A stretch of DNA of 48,249 nucleotides, the filler included, from Dimargaris cristalligena (lineage: Eukaryota): the NCBI GenBank assembly GCA_003614675.1. It is 2 parts of 2 records of this genome, joined end to end, with 100 filler letters (N's around TTAATTAATTAA, not from the genome) between each part and the next. Parts side by side here need not be neighbours in the genome. Positions count along the whole stretch, not along the records: positions 1 to 24,093 come from ML002596.1; positions 24,194 to 48,249 come from ML002597.1. One strand, written 5' to 3'. A program made the translations under genes and the position numbers. Each line of letters opens with the position of its first letter. Positions within the stretch are counted from its first letter, which is position 1. Under the pieces are notes generated by a model. That model ran no database searches and was not told the origin of the DNA. It saw nothing but the letters and a program-made list of their open reading frames with translations. Below, one piece after another: positions 12,906 through 25,016 of this stretch.

Positions 12906-15343
12906 CTATTCGTCTTCATCTATTTCCTCCACAATCAAAGTAGTGCTGGGCCAGTGGTCTTTGAAGGCTTCTTGGATCGTTAAGCCGCGCTCTTTGAACT
13001 CCTGACGGGGCATCGGGGAAACTAAGATAAAATCGTAGGCATGCTGGTAGTCAGCTGGCGGGGGTAGGGCAGATGTGGACTCATCCAGATCATCGGCTCG
13101 GCGGACCTCAACGAAATCGTAAACGTCCTAAAGATGATATAGGCGTAGGTAAGGAGCGGGGAAAGAAGGCTGGTTAGTCGACAGAAATACATTATAGGGT
13201 TTAGCCAAACTGCAGTAAGGAATACAGTTTTGTATAGGTGGGGAGGGGAGAAGTATGGTATAGTCACAGTAAAGTACCTTGAGCGTTTCCGTCGCCCGGA
13301 ACTTGCGCGTGATACGTTGGCCATCAGGGAAGCGAATGCCGAACCGAGCTACATTTTTCTCATCCGGCCCAGGCTCGGAGGCCAGATGAGATGCAATATA
13401 CTGGCGATATTGCTGTTTAAGCTAAAAGAGAGTGGTAGGTGATAATCAATATTGGTAAACCCATTAAAATAAACGTTAGAAGAGTCGCGTGTATAATCCA
13501 AAAGAAATGGCCGTATGCAGCCGACCGCACTTCTCAGACTAACGTCGATGAACCATGTAAAACGTACCTCTTGAAGCCGGGCTTTTTCTTCCTTTAGCCG
13601 TTGCATTTCCAGCTGTCGGCGCTCCTCCGCTTCGCGCTTTTCACGGAGTTTTCGTTCCTAAAGCGATATCAAGTGAGGGTCCGGGTCATATAGAAACACC
13701 AACAGTGTTAGTCATTCTTTACGATAGCAGCACTGTAGTCACATAATACATGGCGTATAAAGTTGCAATGATAACAACCCACGGGTCCCACAAAACTCTC
13801 GCAGGAAGCGCACTCGGGCTCGGGCCGAGGTTTATACTAAATGATTGCCAATAGTACCTTTTCCTGGTCGGCCCGTAGGCTCTCCATGTAGGCCTGGTCT
13901 TGCTGTTCCCGGAGAAGGCGGGCACCCTCGCGTTCCTCGCGCGCCCGACGAAGCGAAGCAAGGGCGTCGTTGACTTCCTGAACTTTCGCTAAAATTTGAG
14001 CCATCACTTGGTCGATAGGCAGTAGGCCTACAAGATGCAATAATAGGGATGGTGAAAATACAAAGGGTTACTATTATGGTGGAGTTTACTCGCCCGAGAG
14101 GTAGGAGGGGAATGGGTATTGCGGATTGAAGTCCATAGCGAGATTCTCAGATCGATGCATGGTTACGTAGTCTAGGGGATATAGGAAGCTAAATAACCAA
14201 AATTACGCCAATGGTTTACCTTCAATCCGCTCCACCACGCTCATACGGACGCTACCATTACGGGAGCGTGGTGCTACCACTGCGAGGAAAGGGTAGCGTG
14301 AGGCTTGTAGAGTACAGCTGACTTCATAGGCGTCCTTGTAGCGCGCACAGCCGCCCCACACCAGGATATCGTGCTGGACGAGGAAGGTAAGGAAATTTTC
14401 GTTGGTCAGTCTCCTGTATAAATGGTACCAAAATATTATGAAATATCAGAGATACGGTACGAGGGGCACATGAGGATCGTATACAAGTTTATAATCGCCA
14501 TTGAGCGTAAGCGAGCCAGCTATACATTTTCTTGATGTTCTATAACGGATAGAGTTAAATATGGTTTACCTACCGGCTGAATTCGGCGGTGTCGTCGTGC
14601 TCGGGACTCACTAAGACAACCAAGAGACATTTCATTTCCCGCTTGGCCTGTTCAATAGCCTGTTCAATAGTTCATATACCAGTCGGAAAATCGTGGTAGT
14701 TAGTACTAGTTGGATAGGGTAGTTCCCTTTTTATAATTACAAATGGCTAAACCCTGAAAATCGATCGAGAGACCGCATAGGTAACGGTTGAGGAAGAGAA
14801 TGCCCCGTTTAGATCTAATAAATGGCGCTCCCGCGGATTGCCCCTCGAAGTAGCTAATGCACTGAAAGCCATACAGACGATTTAACGTACCTGTGAGTAA
14901 GCCTTCTCTAGAAACTGGGGGCGAGACTCCCCGTATTCCCGTTCAAATTCGCTAATGAATCGACTGGCCTGAAGACGAGGGCTGTCTTCCACCGAGTCTT
15001 CGCCGTGGGTAACCATACCGCGATCTTTGGCGATGAATCCCGCTAGAACATATTTCGGTGTGTATTGTTTACCATGTAATAATACAAAAAGGAAATTCCC
15101 GGGTTGATAAACATAAGCAAGGCAGTGTATAAACATGCTACTCAGTAGTCAGTTGGGAAGGGCAGCTCTTCAGTGACATACCAGCTCATAGGCCAGGGAA
15201 AATTCAAGTCTGGGGTGGAGCCAAGACTGTAACTTACCCATGATGCCGAGGATGACATTGAGGATGCGGTAGGATAGGCGCCAGGGCCAAGCCAGAAAGC
15301 TGAACACCAGGGATTCCTGCCCGGGGGCAGCGGAAGGGGGCAT
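12906..15343 (-). CDS. UAS + coiled-coil + UBX domain Cdc48/p97 adaptor (FAF2/Ubx3-like), ~387 aa
   Basis: Exons 15343-15238, 15042-14891, 14659-14574, 14413-14220, 14027-13858, 13657-13568, 13421-13278 and 13127-12906 join in frame. The protein has an N-terminal hydrophobic segment, a UAS domain (SPEHDDT...VWGG...SRYPFL...VERIEG), LREQQDQAYMESLRADQEK, and a UBX domain (IRFPDGQRITRKF...VYDFV...SPMPR). Confidence 0.9.
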
Positions 15344-15818
15344 GTTGGGTATGGTGGCTATTGAGAAAGGAGTGGTGGGAGTTGTTTCCAACCCAGTTTG
15401 CAAATTTACAAAGGAGGGTAGATGGACAAATGCCTCTGAAAGGGGGGTGGGATTCGGTCCTACTGGCTATATTGCTCTAGAGGCCAATGAAGGAATGCAG
15501 TTAAAGTGTAAAAGGTTTAAGGCAAGTAAAGACCCAATTGATGCAGAACTAAGCAAACACATTGTTTGACAGTGACAGCCGCCACCCACCAGCTCTATCG
15601 GTGGGACCCTGACTCCTTGTGGGGCACCTTAGTCAAAAGTCAGCATGACGTGCAGTCAAAGAACATTCCCTCCTCCCTCTCCCGCCTTCCTTCCACTTGA
15701 GACTATAGTATGGCCAACTCCATGCCAGGACCTAGGACTTCCCCCCTTCTTCTTCACCACTTAAATCCATTTCCTCTCCAGCCTTTCCTATATTACTCTA
15801 TCCGGCCCTTTTGCCATC

Positions 15819-18800
15819 ATGTTTAGTTTCGAAGGCAATTTTAAGTCCAAGCGTAACATTAACCTAGGTGGAAGTCGCAATGAAAACCGGGAAGTGGTAC
15901 TGAAGCGGGCCCAGGCCGAGCGACTCGCCCGGGAACGAGAGCGAAGTCGCCAGAAAGCGGCCACGCTCATTCAGGTAAGTTGCTGCTTCTCGAGCGTTGG
16001 TCGGGCGGAGTCCAAACCATCCCCCTTTTTCTTTTTGAATTACTCGGTTCGCAATGGGACTGGCTGAACCGCTTACTGCGTCCGTTTCCTGGTACCTTTG
16101 GTTTTCGGCCCACTTATTGCTGATTATTAGTGCATTGCTAATGTTATACTGTAATGGGAAATATTGAATAGGCATCGTTTCGTGGTTTCTCGCACCGGCG
16201 CTCCCTGCGGAGCCGACTGCGGCTTACTTGGGATGCCCAAATGGGCACTAATTCAAATGACGGCGGTCCCCCGATGCCCGTATCATTGCGCCTAAGACTA
16301 CTATCCCACCTCTTGTTTTTCTTCGATTCGGCCCAGGATCAGGACCGCCTGGGCCGGTTTACTTCTCGATTTTTGGGTAACGCAACTGTTGCTCGAGGTA
16401 AGTTAATACCCCCCCCCCCCTCACACTCCTGTCGGTGGACTGATACGCCAGCATTTGACTAGCGGCTGGTTATACTAATTTACATCAATACAGGCCTTCT
16501 TGGCCTGATGGATCGGCATTCCGTCAACCATACCTCCTTCCTTTTTCCATTCAACTCCATTGATACCCGTATGTGCTGACTAATGAATTTTTATTGGACC
16601 TCGCATGCCATTTGCCATCGTTGTTACCTACCCTCATACAGAATTGTTGATTGACCCCCACACTTCGCCATCACCAACATGTTTTCGACGGTTAATCCAA
16701 CTCCTGGCCCGCAGTATTTCACCCGGAAACCCCCATAACCAACTGTACTTCCTAGCCCTTCAGACCCTGTGTCATAGTTTACTTCATCTCGCTTCATCAG
16801 GCACCGCCCAGTTCCTTCGAACAGCGGTTTCTGGTGCTATCCGGGAGGGATTGGTGGTTGATTTAGTTCGCGCCATTCACGCTGCACCCGAGCTAACTTC
16901 AGGGATCTATTCCCTTGTTCAGGAATTAATGCGAGCCGAGCTCGCCGATTCCCTCGAACCCGCCCATGCCGACCAGGTTGGCCTTATTTTTGTTCGCGAT
17001 GCCCTAGCCGCCCATTGCCTAAATTCCAACCCTGAGCTATACCAAATGACCAGCCGAGATCTAGCCCCCACATTACTCCATACCATGTTGACCCCCGCTG
17101 GTCGAGATACTCTAGCGACACTGACCGCAATTGGTGCCTCAACCCTTTTAGCCAACCTGAGTTTGGCGGGGCCCATGGTCCTCGCTACTGCAGACAACCT
17201 GGATCGAATTAAGGCCTACCTGGAAGTTATCCGGATATTGTTGCCTGCTGTCCCGCTCTTTTTAATCCAGTCAGATACGCCTATATTCGAAGCCCAGTTG
17301 TCGGATAGCGAGAGCGAAACAGAAGAACCCGAAGGCATGGCCCCATCCGCCAAGTCCCCTGCCATGACGGCGACTCAATTTGCTAGTGAAGCTGGCTGGA
17401 GCTCTGAAGTACAGACCCAGATTGTCGACCGCCTCCGGGCCCTGTTTAGCCCCTCCTTTCTACAAGCCATTTCGGAGTCCCTGCGCGACGATCCCCACAC
17501 CTTCACTTCATTCCTGGCCTCTCTTCTGATAGCATGGGCGCCCGCGAAGTCCCCCGTCCTCCACTACATCCTCTACAGTCCGACTTTTCCCCTGGTCCAG
17601 TTCGTATGGAAGGAGTGCCTTAATCACCGGGACTGGCTGGCGCTCGTAGGTACACACAACATTCCCAGCTCGGCTTGGCGGGACCCCCGTTTCGCCCACC
17701 CATGGACTCTGTTCTATCTATTAATCGAGGCACTAAGCCGACATTTAATGACCAGTGGCGACGACGAGTTCTTTAAATCGGAACACCAGCCGTCGACTAG
17801 CTCCAAGTTACTCCCCTTAGCTGATATAGTGACTCTGTCTACCTACTGCCGTAACGTGGCTTTTGCCATTTTATGGAGTAATGAACCTGCTATAGTGGCG
17901 GCGGGCCCCCGGATCGCCGATTGTCTATCGATACGGGCTCTACGGGATACTTCGATAAAGTTGGTTCGGCAACTTCACGATATCGACGCTCGGCGTTCCT
18001 TCACCTCTCCCGACCATTGGCTTATTCAGCCGGAAATCGATATTTCCATACTGGCCGCTCAAATGGCCCGGCACAAATTCAAAGCGGAACAGGGGGATGG
18101 GGAAGATGGTGATGAAGGTGATAACCGACTGCCTGCCATTCCCCAGCCGGACTTCCACCGAATGGGCCCCAGTCACCGGGGCGCCGCGCTTCTGGCTGGT
18201 CATGTCGCTCCTTATGCACACACTCGTTCATCTGGACCATCGAGCATTGAAGTGGCTGTCGAATCCCGTTGGCGCATCCTTACCCATATCCCCTTCGTAA
18301 CCCGGTTTAAACACCGCGTCCAGGTATTCCGAGAATTGATCCAGCTGGATAAAGATGCCGCTGGGTTCCATCCCTTTCAACCCACTGTACAAGCTACGAT
18401 CCGGCGCGACCACGTTTTTGAAGATGGGTTCACCCACCTTAATGCCATGCGGTCCCAATTGAAGCAGCGTATCGCCATCTCATTTGTGGACCAATTTGGC
18501 ATCGAGGAGGCGGGGGTGGATGGGGGTGGCGTATTCAAAGAGTTCTTCAATCTACTCGCCCGCGAGGCGTTTGATCCCAACTACGGGTATTTCCTGCACA
18601 CCTCGGACCAACTACTCTATCCTAATCCCCATGCCTATGCCAAGCAATCCTCCCAGTTGGCCTATTACGCCTTTTTAGGACGCATCATGGGCAAAGCCCT
18701 CTACCAGGGTATTGTCGTGGAAGTGGGGTTCGCCGGATTTTTCCTGAACAAGTGGTTGCGTAAAACCAACTACCTCAGCGATCTAGCCTCGTTGGACCCC

Positions 18801-19463
18801 GAACTCTACCAGGGTCTGATGCAACTGCGCAGCTACCCGGGAGACGTCGAGTCGGATTTTGCCCTAAATTTCACCATCGCCAGCCAAGAATTCGGCCAAA
18901 TCCGTACCGTTGACCTCATCCCGGACGGTGCTTCCATTGCGGTAACCAGGGAAAACCGGCTGCATTACATTTACCTCGTCGCCAACTACCGCCTCAATAT
19001 CCAAATGCAGGCCCAGTGCCGTGCCTTTTTGACGGGCCTCACCGACCTCATCCAACCCACCTGGCTGGCCTTTTTCGACCAGCGTGAGCTGCAAACCCTC
19101 ATCAGTGGAGCGGCGGTACCCATCGACCTGGCTGATTTGGCGAAACATACAGTCTACGCCGGGGGCTACACGAACCAGCACCCCGTCATTGACCGGTTTT
19201 GGCGCGTCGTGACCACTTTCACCGAAGACGACAAACAACGACTCCTTAAGTTTATCACCTCGTGCTCACGGCCGCCCCTGCTGGGGTTCCATGAACTGGA
19301 GCCTAAACCGTGTATCCGGTGCGCCGGTGAGGATGCGGATCGCTTGCCGACCGCATCCACCTGTGTGAATCTGCTGAAGTTGCCGCCTTTTCCGGATGAC
19401 GAGACGATGCGGGCGAAATTATTATACGCCATCAACGCCGAGGCGGGCTTTGATTTGTCTTAG
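15819..19463 (+). CDS. HUL5: HECT E3 ubiquitin ligase, UBE3C/Hul5 family, ~1092 aa
   Basis: Exons 15819-15974, 16172-16397, 16494-16568 and 16642-19463. The N-terminus MFSFEGNFKSKRNINLGG is followed by an IQ motif AATLIQ|ASFRG. The HECT domain contains EAGVDGGGVFKEF, LPTASTCVNLLKLP (catalytic Cys) and the terminal AGFDLS. Confidence 0.95.
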
Positions 19464-20172
19464 GGGGGGGGGGGGGGTGATGTACCTGACTAATTGTCGG
19501 CAATAAATATATATCCTAGGAGAGCTGTGAGGCGCTTCGCTTCGCCTCTGTATTTTATTTTATTTTACTTTATTCATGTTGAACGGCCTCCTTACTAAGC
19601 CCCGTGAACAAAGTCGATTTTTATTTTTTATTTTCTAAACCTTAACAGATAGCATCGGCCGTGGCGTTCTAATTACACCGTTCATGGTAATGCTTTTCAT
19701 TTTACAAGGCTGGTCTATCCAATACAACCAATATCCACTAAATGTAATCCAAGTGAAAAACTGCATCGTAATAGTATGCCAAGAGATTATACATGCTATT
19801 TTACTTTAGGTATTTATATATTTTATCAGAAAACTAGGCCGAATGCTACTTAAAAATATAATGGTTGAATAGACAGGGATATATAGAAGCTGGTAATAGA
19901 CTATAATCCTACTTCATCAAACAGGGAGGGCAGAATTGTATACACGCATCCCAAAATAGCAAGCACCACAAAAGCAGTGCCTGATAGTTAAACATAGAGC
20001 TATAGTAAAAGAAAAAGTAATTAGGGTAGGAGGGGTTATAATTGAAATAGGACAGTTATAGTGTCATATACGAGTGGCCCACATTCGAACGGTATCTTCA
20101 AAACAGTTTAGCGTACTTGCTGACGGTGGTAGGTACCCGTAACTATTCCTTTTACCCCCCCCCCCTATTTAA

Positions 20173-23100
20173 TTAATCATCCTCCGACCAACTCGGCCCG
20201 GAGATATGGGTCATGATGGCACAAATATCCGGTCCTAAGGCACGGTACTCCGCCACCAACCCGGCCAGTATAGGCTGGAAAGGCCGTAAGAGCGACCGCA
20301 TTTTTGGGCTCAGCGCCATGCATTTGGTAAACTGTAGGAGTTTCAAAAAGAGCTGCCGGCGGTAATTAATCCGAATGTCCGCTGGTTCGGCGGGGACATT
20401 GCCCCAAATGAGGGAATCCCGATCCTTATCCCCCCGGGACGAAGTAGCGGTAGTCGTCGTCGTCTTGGTGGTAGTGGCGGGGTTGGTGGCGGGGGCAGGG
20501 ACAGGGGCGGAGCTGGCCAGAGCAGCAGGCACGTGGGGTTTACCCGAAGGGTAAAAGGTCGGTTTGAAGGTGGGAATATGCGTCTTGAAGTGCATGGTGG
20601 TTTGCAAGTGGTAAATCCGGGGTCGTAGGCCCTTGCGGATGCCGAATTCAAAAGGGCAGGTACCCCATTGGCATTTCCATTCCATCCCGGATTTGGGGGC
20701 CGGGCTGGTGCCAGCTGTGCCAGTTGAGTCGGCGGAGGAAACGGCTGCTTCGATTTCCATTTCGGTGAGGGCGTGGGTCTGGATTAAATGGTGGATAAAT
20801 GTTTTCTGGGCCGCCTGGAACTCCGTCGGAGCGTTGGAATCCGTGGTTTGTTGATGGTCCACGGCAAGCGTAGTGGACAACTTGGTATGGGTGTCTTCCC
20901 CCCAGGCAGAAGTCGATCGCTGGGATGCGGTAGAGGCGTTCGATTTAGCGCTTATGAGGGGAGCGGTGAATGTTAAGCGGTAATTGCAATCCTTCCACTG
21001 ACAGCAAAAGGTGTATGAATCCCGAGGTAGTTGGCTCTCCTCGGGGGTGGGTTTGGGCATGTCAGCCGTTCTTTCACCACCCCCCGCTGATGAAGCAGCT
21101 GTACCATTATTGCCGGTGGCACTGTCGTTAGGTTTGGGAATAACCGTAGTATAGGCCCCCAATTTCTTGCGCAAGTGAAGACAAAGCAGCTGGGCCGTCT
21201 TGGGGTGGTTGATGGCATGGCTCATCGGGAAAGCCGCTTTAACGGTGGCAAGTACGTCATTCACATTAAGGGGCCCGTCGCCCATAGTGACTGAGTCCGC
21301 CTGGGCCTGACGGGTGGCCTCAAAGGCCCGCGCATAAGCATCATAGACTTCCGGAAAGGATACGAAACTCGGGATCACGGGTTTATCAGGCCCAGCGGGG
21401 TTCGACATGGGGGGCGAGAATTCCAGATTGGTGTTTAGCCACTGGGTTACTGAATCTTGGCGGGGCTTGGGGACGTTGGCAGTAGAGGTGGGGTCTGTTG
21501 ATGGCGGAAGAGGCTGGGGGCCTGCAGCGGACGGCAGAGCGGCCAGGGTTTGGGGGGCCTGCTCAACCATCCGGTGGATCACAATAGAGATCAGGTCGGT
21601 CGGGGAAAAGGGGCAATCCGTCACGGCCAAACGCCCTTTACTGGCGTCGGTCAATAGCGCTTCGAATTCGTGTTCCTTAATCTCGGTCAACTTGAGTAGA
21701 ATATCGATGGTCACCATGAGCACCTCCATATCGGGCGCCAGCAGGAGATGTGATATACGATTGAGAACCGTGGGCTCGACAATTTGGTCCACATTGGGGT
21801 GCTCCCGCAGCAACAGGAAGGCCAGTGATTTGAGTGCGTTCAGCAGGGTGGCCCGGTCGGGGCTGAAGAGGTTGAGGCGGAGGACCGGGATCAGTGACGC
21901 GGGGATGACCTGGACAGGGGCCACCAGGCAGACTGACTCGAGAATATCCTGCAGGTGACGGTACAGCTCAGTGTAGTAGAAATGGACGTCGGATGCAATG
22001 ACTCGCTCCCACTGGGCGTCTAGCTGTTCCACAGAGGTGCGCAGTTCCATCAGAGCCGTGGGCCCCAGGCTTAACTCGGAAAGGGCGGTCGTTTGGGCTG
22101 CCAAACGCCGGTCCGGTATACTCTGGTGGCAGAGATGTCCCCGTAAATACCAGCCGATAAAGTTAAGAAGGGTGGAGTCTGACGTGACCAACTGGGCTGT
22201 GATGGATTCCAGCTGCGACAGATTATGGACAATGGTGACGATCTGCAGAATTCGCTCCAGCTGGGTATTTTCGTACCATGTAAATATATGGGGGGAAACT
22301 GATTTAGACGACGATGGAGACGATGTTCGGACTTGGGCTTGGATAGCGGAGGCTGAGGAGTCTAGTAAATGAATTACAGCTAATTTGAGATGCATCATAA
22401 TGATCGGAATCAAATCCGGAATACAACGGATATCGAATTCATCGGGGCAGAGCTTGGAGACCCGAAGCAGGCGGTTGAAGGCCCAGTCAACTTCATTAGG
22501 GAGATTGGATAGGAGGGCCAGCCGGATTCGGTTTTGGAAAACGCCGCCTAAATATTCGTCCGCGTCGTTTTGGAGGGGGTTACGCGGTACGGTGACGAGG
22601 GTGGTGTCCCGGTAGGTACGGCGGGGTCGTTTGGAGGAAAGGACTGGAGTTGGTTCGGAATCAAACGGATTGTCCGATTCTGATGATGCATCGGAGTGGT
22701 TAGACGATGGTGACAAGGCCGACTGACCCGGGGCAGTGAACGGATTCTCCTTATCGGGTGGCGAAGAGGTCGTATCTATGATCGGGGGCTTTTCCGCGTC
22801 TAGTTGGAAGGTATTGTTGCGGAGTATCCGCCTAAAGGTCTCGATTAAACGACTAGACGGTTGGGTTGGGGGATGGCTGAATAGCTGCTTGAGCTGATGG
22901 ATACGTTTGGGATCGGCCTTATCATCTTGGACGAGATTCCAGTATTCTTGATTGAGGTGAATGGCAAAGGGGTGGATAGATTGAAAATAGATACCCTTGA
23001 GTAGCACTAGGTTCTTGATTGACTGCGGTAAAGAGAGGGCCTGGGCCAATATACCCCAGCCACCAGTTGTGGTCAGCTAGTATCGGTCATATCGAAGGTT

Positions 23101-23758
23101 AATTTGGGTATGGATAACAATGAGGCAAGAGGAGTGCGCCCATGGATAGTAAGTTAGCTAGTGGCAGTGAAGGTTCTACGCAGGTATATAATATACCTAT
23201 TTAAATCTCTTAGACAGGCAATTAGTCGATAACACTGGTTACCGGGGAACATGAATTAACGAAGTATGAAGTGGCATGGTCCTCACAACGAGCTATAGTA
23301 TCAACTGGGGAAATGTATTCTCACTTACCTTACTTATGCCCCCAATGGCCTGAATGCGGTCGAATATCTCATAGGGTCGAATAACGACCTCGCCAAATGT
23401 GTAGAGCTTGGGCAACTCCTTGTGGCTGCAGGGGGTTTACCATTAGGTTCAGATAGATACGCAATAGTATTGAAACACAGGCTACATGTTAGGGGGGTAG
23501 TCGGTAACGGAGATCTCGTGATGGGGTTGCCCTTCAACAGACCATAACTTAAACACGGTGTCGACTAATATAACTGCACGCATAGGGAAAATGCACGAAA
23601 AAAAATTAAACATACCGATGTTGTTCATTGAACGCCTCGAATTCCTCATCGAATACCGCTGAGGAAGTGACGGCCCCACCCTGGCTGAGTTTCATGGGTG
23701 CAGGAGCAATGGGAACCTGCTCTTTGGAACCTGGGGTCGAATGAGAAGCCGCAGTCAT
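20173..23758 (-). CDS. RSC9: ARID2/Rsc9-like chromatin-remodelling subunit (ARID, ARM-like, RFX-like winged helix, two C2H2-like fingers), ~1047 aa
   Basis: Exons 23758-23616, 23425-23329 and 23076-20173. The ARID is built across exons (IRPYEIFDRIQAIGGISK|LTTTGGWGILAQALSLP...LKGIY...PF). Other motifs are NRIRLALLSNLPNEVDWAF, QWLNTNLE...EVYDAY...VKAAFP, CQWKDC...HLIQTH and CQWGTC...HFKTH. Confidence 0.85.
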
Positions 23759-24092
23759 GGTAGCACGCCGTAAGGTTTATCTATAAATAAAAAAAGGATT
23801 AATGAACAACGCGTTGGGAAAGTGGAAAGTCGGCGGATGGAAGCATCCAAAGCGAAGAGACGCGTCAACGGAAAACTATGAATGACCGGATTGTGTGGAA
23901 AGACTATTGGAAAAGAGAGGTACATGTACAATGGGTGAATTCCAGTTCCAATGTAAAAATAAGGTAGAGTTAAGGTGTAAACACCACAAATAGTCCAGCG
24001 AAACTAGGGGAATGTCGATGGGTGGTGATTAATAGGTCAAGGACTAAAAGGGTTGGATGGGGTTGACTGGATTTGCTTTGTTGTATTTGTAG

Positions 24093-24193
24093 ANNNNNNN
24101 NNNNNNNNNNNNNNNNNNNNNNNNNNNNNNNNNNNNNTTAATTAATTAANNNNNNNNNNNNNNNNNNNNNNNNNNNNNNNNNNNNNNNNNNNN
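24093..24193. other. Artificial contig-joining spacer (N45-TTAATTAATTAA-N44)
   Basis: TTAATTAATTAA at 24138-24149 sits between two N runs and places stop codons in all six frames. Confidence 0.95.
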
Positions 24194-25016
24194 AGGGAAA
24201 GGGAAGGGAGTTCCCAGACAATCATATTAGTCATCACAAAGGATAGGTTTGATGAATAATTGGTTTTACAGGATGAATTGATAGAGTATGATTCGAGGAG
24301 CTGTGCTTTACGTTGATAAATGGGTTCTAATTAGTAAAGGAATCAGGTAATTAAATATACTTCCAGTTACCTGCACTCTGCAGCACCACAAATGCACACC
24401 TATTCCAAAAATTTTATGGTTGACTAATCATGTCCACAGATGCCCTACTTTCTGGAATGCCTTCATTTACCTCTGTTTTACATTCCAAAATGTAATTAAT
24501 AAGCTTCAACAGTCTGCCCCTCAATTATTACATGTCTTGAATATCTAAAGACAATATAGAATATCAATTGGGCTTTTTATCACCCAGTCTGAGATTCAAG
24601 GTCACAATCAGTATACTTACTGTAGCCAAACTGCACGCAATATCTTTGTAGGGCTACTTTTGGGTTTTCTAATTATGACTAAGCTAACTACTAAGGCCTG
24701 ATCATTTTGCTATGGGATAGCTCAATCAAATACCAATCCACTGGAATTCTAGCTGCTGCTTATAGCCTATACGTTTGGCCTCTGAAAAAATTACGAATTC
24801 ATCCACTATTTCTCTATCACTGTATAAGAAGAATTATGTGCCTAATCACCCTCCGCTTAATATGCTTGCCACAATAATCCATCAGAGCCCCAAAGCTCGA
24901 AAATAACTTTATAGAATGAACTCAGATTTCTAAAATATAATATAAATGGCTATGTAAAGAAAACCCCCCGCAATCGATTAAAAGAATCAAGTAGCTCAAA
25001 AGGGGAATAGTCCTAA

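Noticed and set aside
19464..19477. G homopolymer after the HUL5 stop, and other simple repeats (TA at ~30300, TCTA at ~39326)
   Set aside because: These are ordinary low-complexity tracts with no sign of an array or mobile element.
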